From positions 9,515 to 73,514 of the forward strand of contig JAAELY010000266.1 of assembly GCA_024226335.1 (NCBI GenBank): DNA of 64,000 bases, in the 5' to 3' direction. Source of the DNA: a bacterium (GTDB lineage Bacteria; Myxococcota_A; UBA9160; SZUA-336). The translations under genes were made by a program, and so were the position numbers. Under the pieces are notes generated by a model. The model searched no databases. It saw only the letters and a list, made by a program, of their open reading frames with translations, and was not told the origin of the DNA. Positions 26,316-33,088 of the stretch are shown in pieces. Position 1 is the stretch's first letter. Each line of letters starts with the position of its first letter.

Positions 26316-29153
26316 ATGATGCGGATGTCAAAGAGAATCCTGGTCGGTTGCGTCATCGCCTCGATGAGCCTCTGGTGGATGGCGCCCATGGGAACCGCGA
26401 AGGTTCTCATGCACACGCCGGATGGTCGTGTCCTGCACCTCAAGGGAGGCACGGCTCAACCGGACCTGAGCCGGTTCCGGTCCGCATTGCAGAGCAAGGT
26501 CATGGATCGCCGCTTCCACACGAACGAGAACGGCTATCTCGCCAATGAGGCCTACTCCACCAGTCAGACCGGCTTCAATGACATGGTCAAGGCCGGAATT
26601 CCGGTGGCGTACAAGCCGGAGTTCCACTGGATCTCACACCAGGAAATGTACTGGAACGCGCGCTTCCTGTTGCAGTGGGCCGGCGCGGCCTCCCGACTCG
26701 GGATCTCCATGGTGCACGGCCCCTACTGGACATTGAAGGCCGATGAATTCTCGAGGCGGAACCGCTTTGGGCGAGATCGCGGTGAACGCTCTCTGTCCAA
26801 CAAGGACATCCTCATTGGCATCTACCTGCCGCTCTACTACTCCCGCACCGGCTTTCCGCGTGTGTTCGATTCGGCCTTTCCTACTTATCTGCAGTACGCA
26901 TCCGGCGACCCCCGCCTGGTGGGGCCGGTCGAGGTCGGGGACGACTTCGACGACCCGCAGAGCAGTAAGAAGGGCGGCTGGGGTGTGCCTCGCTATTTCC
27001 TCGATTGGACGAACCTGCGCTGGAATCACGACCGGATGGACACCACTATCCACATGGGAGGGCTGGGACAGTTCCTGAAGAGAAGGGCGCAGTGGACCGG
27101 CTATATGTTCCACAGCACGCACGTGGAGCAATCACCCTCGGACCCCGACGGCGATGAGATCTCCCTGCTCGGGAACGACGCGGAAGAAGGCTTCCGCGGA
27201 ACCGTTCTGGCCACCATGGCAATCAATACCATGCTCGAGGCCAAGGCCGCATTCTTCGCTGATGCGAAGGGGAAGAAACTCGGCGGGCTCAATCCCTTCA
27301 AGTACGATCCTGAAAACGGCCTGCGATACCTTCCGCATACCATCAAGCCGAACATTCTCTGGGTAGGGGATCTTCCCGAGCGGCTCTGGTCGGTCAGCAT
27401 TGCCGACAACTCCAGTCAGCTCTGGGACCAGGCGTCCTGGATCTGGGCAACCACCGAGTACAGTCACTTCGTCCTCTGGTACAACGATCAGGTCTTCACC
27501 GACAATCCGCCCGCGGATGGTGGCATCCTCGAAAAGCGGGTTGGACTCGTCTCGCGCGGGATGGCCAATGTCATCATCAAGAACCTCAGGGCCATGCACA
27601 CCCGCAAGGGCATCCTCGTTTCGGAGTGGACTCCCACAGGAGGGACCGGAAAGGTCCTGAGCATGCGGGATGCTGCCATGACCATGTCGGCCTTGAAGGA
27701 GTACGACGATCGTCACGAGTTCCTCGATGAGGATGAGGATCTCCGAGAAGACGCAGTCACCATGCTGATGGATCTCGCGGATTTCCTGGTGAAGGTCCAG
27801 GCGAAGGACGGATCGTTCTACGAGAAATACGACGTGACCAGCGGCGAGGGGCTCGGTGAGAACACTGTGTCCGCTCCCAACTGGGCCGGTATCAAGGCGC
27901 TGGTCGTGGCCTGGCAGAAGACGGAAGAGGAGGCTTACGCCCGCGCTGCGCGAAAGACCTTCAACCTGATGAATAGTAAGTACTGGGTTGAAAAACACGG
28001 CCTCTATCGCACGAGACTCGGCGACGACACGGTCACCCTCACTCCGTACGACATCGCGATCACACTGGGCGCTTTGCGCGAGACGCTCTTTGCGACACCT
28101 CTTCATCTGGTCGAACCACAACTCGACAGGATCACCCGTTGGTGGGTTCAGACCATGGATTCGAGTGGCATGCAGCAGACCGAGGACAATCGCACGGGTG
28201 AACTCGCCTTCGGCACGGCCGGGATGGACGAAGATGCGGACGGGATTCCCTTCGTCGCCGGCGGTTATGGGGAATACGGCACAGCACCGGTGACCGCGGC
28301 AAAGGTCGCGGTCAACATCGGCGGGTCCGAGAACTCCGCGTTCGCGGCTCTTGATGGAGACGCCTACAACGCCCAGAAGTACGCCGAGGTCAAATTCGCC
28401 TACGTCACCCAGTCTCGCAAGGAACAAGACGAGCTCCTGCTGCCTCTGGACATCCCTTCCGAGGGGCTGATCGAGCGTCCTCCGATGCAGAAGTTCAACG
28501 GAACCACCATCCCACTGGCCTCCAGCAAGCCGGTCGAACGCGGGCTGGGAATCAAACTCGGTCTTACAGGCAAGCAGATCTTCGAGATCAACTGCGTCCT
28601 GTGCCACGGTTTTTCGGGAGAGGGGATTACCGGTCTCTCGCTAGAGAAGGACGTGATGACGTTCTCACACGAAGAGATGTTCAAGGTCCCGAACGAGGGC
28701 CGGCACGAGAAACTCATGCCTCCGTGGGGTGTCGGGAACAAAGACAGTTTCGGTGGTCCGCTGAGTGAAGAAGAGATCCACCTCATCGTCAACTACGTGC
28801 AGAGTGACGAGTTTCGCGAGAAGTTCCAGGCCCATCAGGATGCTCTTCACGCCAAGGGCGATCCTCCGAAGGATCCTTTCGAGTACCTCTCCCGGCAATA
28901 CCAGAAGGGCACTTTGGAAAGCGCGACCGCTGACGATATTCGCCGCATCTCCCAGGCTCAGTGCAGGGCGAGTGATTGCATTCCGGAATCCCACAAGGTG
29001 TTCCGCCGGCTCCTGGCCGAGTCGCAGGGGAAGCAATCTCCGCGACTGGCCGATGCGGCTTCGGAGGAAGCGAAGGACCGTCCACAACCTTCTGCGGGGA
29101 GTGAATCCAGTCAGGCGCCGCCCGACAAGACAACAATCCTTACACGGCCATGA
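26316..29153 (+). CDS. Large secreted protein of unknown function with C-terminal monohaem cytochrome c domain
   Basis: Signal peptide (MSKRILVGCVIASMSLWWMAPMGTA). About 780 aa with no motif I recognise, then a class-I cytochrome c module (CVLCHGFSGEG ... LMPPWG). Start is ambiguous among ATGs at 26316, 26319 and 26325. The stop overlaps the next gene (ATGA). Confidence 0.6.
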   Translation: MMRMSKRILVGCVIASMSLWWMAPMGTAKVLMHTPDGRVLHLKGGTAQPDLSRFRSALQSKVMDRRFHTNENGYLANEAYSTSQTGFNDMVKAGIPVAYKPEFHWISHQEMYWNARFLLQWAGAASRLGISMVHGPYWTLKADEFSRRNRFGRDRGERSLSNKDILIGIYLPLYYSRTGFPRVFDSAFPTYLQYASGDPRLVGPVEVGDDFDDPQSSKKGGWGVPRYFLDWTNLRWNHDRMDTTIHMGGLGQFLKRRAQWTGYMFHSTHVEQSPSDPDGDEISLLGNDAEEGFRGTVLATMAINTMLEAKAAFFADAKGKKLGGLNPFKYDPENGLRYLPHTIKPNILWVGDLPERLWSVSIADNSSQLWDQASWIWATTEYSHFVLWYNDQVFTDNPPADGGILEKRVGLVSRGMANVIIKNLRAMHTRKGILVSEWTPTGGTGKVLSMRDAAMTMSALKEYDDRHEFLDEDEDLREDAVTMLMDLADFLVKVQAKDGSFYEKYDVTSGEGLGENTVSAPNWAGIKALVVAWQKTEEEAYARAARKTFNLMNSKYWVEKHGLYRTRLGDDTVTLTPYDIAITLGALRETLFATPLHLVEPQLDRITRWWVQTMDSSGMQQTEDNRTGELAFGTAGMDEDADGIPFVAGGYGEYGTAPVTAAKVAVNIGGSENSAFAALDGDAYNAQKYAEVKFAYVTQSRKEQDELLLPLDIPSEGLIERPPMQKFNGTTIPLASSKPVERGLGIKLGLTGKQIFEINCVLCHGFSGEGITGLSLEKDVMTFSHEEMFKVPNEGRHEKLMPPWGVGNKDSFGGPLSEEEIHLIVNYVQSDEFREKFQAHQDALHAKGDPPKDPFEYLSRQYQKGTLESATADDIRRISQAQCRASDCIPESHKVFRRLLAESQGKQSPRLADAASEEAKDRPQPSAGSESSQAPPDKTTILTRP

Positions 29154-30019
29154 CAGGAATAGATGTGACGATGGCAGAACCTCAAAACTCAGAAATGCTC
29201 TCCGAAAATCCGATTCAGCGCCTCGGTGCGCTCGTGTTGGTGCTCTTGCTCGTGCTGCCGATCACTGCTCACGCGGCCGGTTACAAGGAAACCCGGGTAG
29301 AAAACGGCGGGAGCATCACCGGCAAGCTGAGTTTCTCCGGTGAACTCCCGGCCGACGCCGTCGAAATGATCGCGGTCAACAAGAACCCGGAAGTCTGCGG
29401 AGAAGGCTATCGCGAGGTCGTCTGGGTGGACGTCGAGAACGGCGCGTTGCGCGGTGCCTTCGTCTATCTGCACAAGATCAAGAAAGGCAAGGCCTGGAGC
29501 CCACCAGACGGTGGCAAGTACATGATCAATCAGAAGGGCTGCCGTTTTCGACCTTGGGCCCAGGTCGTTCGCCAGGGCGATATCCATATCAAACACAGCG
29601 ACCAGGGTGTGCAACACAACATCAATATGGTCGAACTGATCGGGGTCGACAAAGGGCGAGCGGTCGAGAGGCCGCTGATCAATCGCAATCAGCCCGATCC
29701 CGGTGAAGCCATCGAGCAGATCAAGACGGTTCGCGCGCCTCATATCGCCATGAACTGCCAGGTTCACAACTTCATGTTCGGTTTCATGATGGCTCCTAAG
29801 AGTCCGTACGCCGTGGCGGTTGAAGAGGATGGCAGTTACGTCCTCGACAACGTGCCCGCGGGCAAATACACGCTCAAATCGTGGCATCCCCGGCTGGGAG
29901 TCCAGAAGAAGAAAATCACCGTTCCCGCGAACGGAGAGGTGGTCGCCGACTTCGAGTACACAAAAGACTCGGCTTCGAAGAAGCGAAGGCGACCCAGAAA
30001 GACCAAGGCAGAGAAATGA
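29150..30019 (+). CDS. Secreted protein with carboxypeptidase-regulatory-like/Ig-like beta-sandwich (function unknown)
   Basis: Signal peptide (LGALVLVLLLVLPITAHA). C-terminal SYVLDNVPAGKYTLKSWHP pattern resembles CarboxypepD_reg beta-sandwiches. Lys/Arg-rich tail. Translationally coupled on both sides. Confidence 0.45.
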   Translation: MTGIDVTMAEPQNSEMLSENPIQRLGALVLVLLLVLPITAHAAGYKETRVENGGSITGKLSFSGELPADAVEMIAVNKNPEVCGEGYREVVWVDVENGALRGAFVYLHKIKKGKAWSPPDGGKYMINQKGCRFRPWAQVVRQGDIHIKHSDQGVQHNINMVELIGVDKGRAVERPLINRNQPDPGEAIEQIKTVRAPHIAMNCQVHNFMFGFMMAPKSPYAVAVEEDGSYVLDNVPAGKYTLKSWHPRLGVQKKKITVPANGEVVADFEYTKDSASKKRRRPRKTKAEK

Positions 30020-31239
30020 CCGAAGAACACGGAGAACGAATCGTGATCACATCAGCACGGAGATTTGCTAAACGAATTCAGCTCGCGATGGCCTGTGCCG
30101 CGACTGCGTTGATGGTTCTCGCTGGCGCTATTGCAGTGGGAACGACGGAGACGGCCCGAGCCGAATCGGCGGATGAAGCGGGCGCATATCCGGCGATCGG
30201 CCCCTTGCCGACCCGAGATGCCCCGAAGGCCTCACTGGTCGAGATGGGTCGGCGCCTGTTCTTCGATCCGCGAATTTCCGGGGATGCCGGTCAGAGCTGC
30301 GCGACCTGTCACGATCCCGCGCAGGGATTCACTCGACAGACCGATGTCGAAGGCAAACCCATGCTCCTGTCCGACGCGTATCCGGGCATTCTCTACTTCC
30401 GCAATACACCGACATTGATCAATACCGCTTTTAAGGCGGACTTTGCCAACGTTGGTTGGGCCTGGGACGGTCGCATGGGTGCCAACCTGAACGATGTCGT
30501 TCGAGATCAGCTGACCGAGAGCATGATCATGAATATGGACATGCGCCTGATGCACGAGCGCATGAAGCAGGACCCGGTCTACGTAGGCATGTGCAAGGAG
30601 AACTTCGGCGGCGAGTGTAATTCGAGCGCCGGTCGCAAGGCTCTGGTCGCATTCATGGAATCCTTGGTGTCGAAGGACGCTCCCTTCGATAGCGGAACCG
30701 TTTCCGAGGCGGCCGGGCGCGGACGAGTTCTCTTCGAGGGCAAGGCGGACTGCATCCGCTGTCACAACGGTTCCTACTTCTCCGACGGTGAGGCGCATGA
30801 TACCGGCGTTTCCGAGAACCTGGATATCTTCCGAGATCCGTTGCGGCATGTCGGTCTGCGTGCCGTGTACAGCAATCACGGTGTGCCCAAGACGGATATG
30901 TGGCGGCGAGACGTCGGCTATTTCCTGGTGAGCAAGAACTACGGAGACGTGGGCAGTTTTATTACTCCGACGTTGCGGGAGCTCAAGTACACGGCTCCCT
31001 ATATGCACAACGGTGTGATCGGCACGCTGAATGAGGTCGTGGAGTTCTACGACCAGGGCGGCGGGCACGACGATCCACTGGCGAATGAGCTGAAACCTCT
31101 CGGACTTAGTACGGAGGAGAAGAGTGATCTCGTCGCCTTCCTCGAGAGTCTTTCCAGCGCCACTCCGATCGCTGTCGAGCTGGTGGAGATCCCCGAAACC
31201 TACGAGCCGATCGACGAATGGCTCGGCGTCCACAACTGA
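30016..31239 (+). CDS. Dihaem cytochrome c peroxidase (CCP/MauG family), copy 1
   Basis: Two haem motifs (CATCHDP and CIRCHNGSYF). Conserved CCP regions (FFDPRISGD, TPTLRELKYTAPYMHNG). The ATG overlaps the upstream stop (ATGA). Confidence 0.8.
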   Translation: MTEEHGERIVITSARRFAKRIQLAMACAATALMVLAGAIAVGTTETARAESADEAGAYPAIGPLPTRDAPKASLVEMGRRLFFDPRISGDAGQSCATCHDPAQGFTRQTDVEGKPMLLSDAYPGILYFRNTPTLINTAFKADFANVGWAWDGRMGANLNDVVRDQLTESMIMNMDMRLMHERMKQDPVYVGMCKENFGGECNSSAGRKALVAFMESLVSKDAPFDSGTVSEAAGRGRVLFEGKADCIRCHNGSYFSDGEAHDTGVSENLDIFRDPLRHVGLRAVYSNHGVPKTDMWRRDVGYFLVSKNYGDVGSFITPTLRELKYTAPYMHNGVIGTLNEVVEFYDQGGGHDDPLANELKPLGLSTEEKSDLVAFLESLSSATPIAVELVEIPETYEPIDEWLGVHN

Positions 31240-31282
31240 TTTCAGGCGTCCCGTACGACACCGCAGTTTGAAGGTAAACAAA

Positions 31283-32521
31283 ATGAAGTCGCCAAACAGA
31301 ACGCAGGGCTTGTTGATCGCGCTCTTGCTCGTCGTCGCTCCTGTGGCATTCGCCCAGGAAGACCCCGATTTCGATCCGCCTCTGGCACCACTTCCGCCAC
31401 CACCGGCGCCTCCGGACAACCCGATCACGCCCGCGAAGACGGAGCTCGGCAAACTCCTGTTCTTCGACACACGCTTGACGGGTGACGCGAGCTTGAGTTG
31501 TGGCGACTGTCACGATCCGAAGAAGGGTTGGGGCTCCAGCGGACCGATCTCGCGCGGTTATCCCGGTGCGGTCCACTGGCGCAATTCCCATACTGCCGTG
31601 AACTCCGCCTACCTGGGGAAACTCTTCTGGCAGGGAAGCGCCAAGAGCCTCGAAGGCCAGGCTCCGACCGCCAATCGCGGTGCGGTGGCGGGAAATGGCG
31701 AGCGGGACGTGATGCAGAGTCGGCTTCGCCAGACTCCCTACTACATCAAGGCATTCAAGGAAGTCTTCGGCACCGAGCGACCCAATCTCGGCGACGCCTG
31801 GCAGGCTGTCGCGACGTTCGAACGCGCGGCGTTGTCTCAGCTCGATACGCCACTGGACCAGTATCTCGCGGGCGACGAGTCGGCTCTTTCCGAAGAGGCG
31901 ATCGAGGGACTCGAGTTGTTCCGCGGCAAGGCCGGTTGCATCGAGTGCCACAACGGCCCTCTGCTCACGGATGAGAAATACTACAACCTGGGTCTACCGC
32001 GGCCCATCGAGTGGGAATCGATCGGTCTGAACACGATCACCTTCCGCTGGGAGACCTACGCCAAGGGTGCTCCCGAAAAGAGCTATCGAGAGTGGAAGGA
32101 CGACGCGGGGCTGTACTTCACGACCAAGCGCAAGGATGACATCGGGAAGTTCCGCACTCAGCCACTCCGGTATCTCCTGTACACCCCTCCGTACGGGCAC
32201 GCCGGGCAGTTCTACACACTGGAGGAGGTCGTCGACTTTTACGACGAAGGTGGAGGCGAGAACGAGTTCACCGATGGCACACACGGTTTCAATACGAAGA
32301 CGCCGATCCTGAAGCCTCTCAATCTCAGCGATGAAGAGAAAGAGGTGTTGGTGATCTTCCTGGAAGAAATCAGCGGTGAGGAAATCACGATGGCCGTTCC
32401 GAAGATCCCAATGTACGAGGCGATGCCCGATGTGGCTGAACTGACGCAAGCTTCGGCCAAGCGAATCGGCCTCGAGACGTATCTGTCCTCTCTTGCTGGA
32501 AAGGAGGAGGTGAGCAAATGA
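31283..32521 (+). CDS. Dihaem cytochrome c peroxidase (CCP/MauG family), copy 2, with Pro-rich N-terminal linker
   Basis: Signal peptide. PLAPLPPPPAPPDNP linker. Haem motifs CGDCHDP and CIECHNGPLLT. Conserved C-terminal PPYGHAGQFYTLEEVVDFY. Confidence 0.8.
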   Translation: MKSPNRTQGLLIALLLVVAPVAFAQEDPDFDPPLAPLPPPPAPPDNPITPAKTELGKLLFFDTRLTGDASLSCGDCHDPKKGWGSSGPISRGYPGAVHWRNSHTAVNSAYLGKLFWQGSAKSLEGQAPTANRGAVAGNGERDVMQSRLRQTPYYIKAFKEVFGTERPNLGDAWQAVATFERAALSQLDTPLDQYLAGDESALSEEAIEGLELFRGKAGCIECHNGPLLTDEKYYNLGLPRPIEWESIGLNTITFRWETYAKGAPEKSYREWKDDAGLYFTTKRKDDIGKFRTQPLRYLLYTPPYGHAGQFYTLEEVVDFYDEGGGENEFTDGTHGFNTKTPILKPLNLSDEEKEVLVIFLEEISGEEITMAVPKIPMYEAMPDVAELTQASAKRIGLETYLSSLAGKEEVSK

Positions 32522-33072
32522 CCGAGCAGAAGAAATCCTCGTCGTGTCGGGGTGGTTGCATTACCAGACGTGAGGCTCTGCTAGGAGGCGCTGGAGTGAT
32601 CACCAGCACCGTCTTGCTCAGCACTCTTCCCGGATGCGAGAAAAGCGAACCGGTGCCCGTTCAGGTGTCCCGTCATCCGGGCAAGCTGATCGGCAAGCTG
32701 AGTGAGTTGAAACAGAATCAATCCGTATCTTTTTCATTTCCGGAAGGCGCCGCCAACGCGACGGGCATGTTGATCAAGATGGGTGTTCAGGCCGGAGGAG
32801 GCATCGGACCGGAACAGGACATCGTCGCTTTCAATACGACCTGTCCTCACATGGGCGGACAACTCTACGGGCGCTACATACCCGAGGAGCAGGCTCTGGG
32901 CGCCTGTCCCCATCACCTTTCATCGTTCGACCTGACTCGCCACGGCATGGTCATCGCCGGCCATGCCACCGAGAGCTTGCCGCAAGTGCTGCTTGAACTC
33001 GACGGAGACGACATCTACGCCGTGGGCCTGATTGGTCTGATCTACGGCCACACTTCAAATCCCGAAGCCTGA
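32518..33072 (+). CDS. Rieske [2Fe-2S] small subunit with twin-arginine signal (AioB/IdrB-like)
   Basis: TAT motif TRREALLGGAG. Rieske boxes CPHMGG and CPHHLS. Strong AAGGAGGAGG Shine-Dalgarno. ATGA overlap with the upstream peroxidase gene. Confidence 0.75.
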   Translation: MTEQKKSSSCRGGCITRREALLGGAGVITSTVLLSTLPGCEKSEPVPVQVSRHPGKLIGKLSELKQNQSVSFSFPEGAANATGMLIKMGVQAGGGIGPEQDIVAFNTTCPHMGGQLYGRYIPEEQALGACPHHLSSFDLTRHGMVIAGHATESLPQVLLELDGDDIYAVGLIGLIYGHTSNPEA

Positions 33073-33088
33073 TCGAGGAATAGGAATC

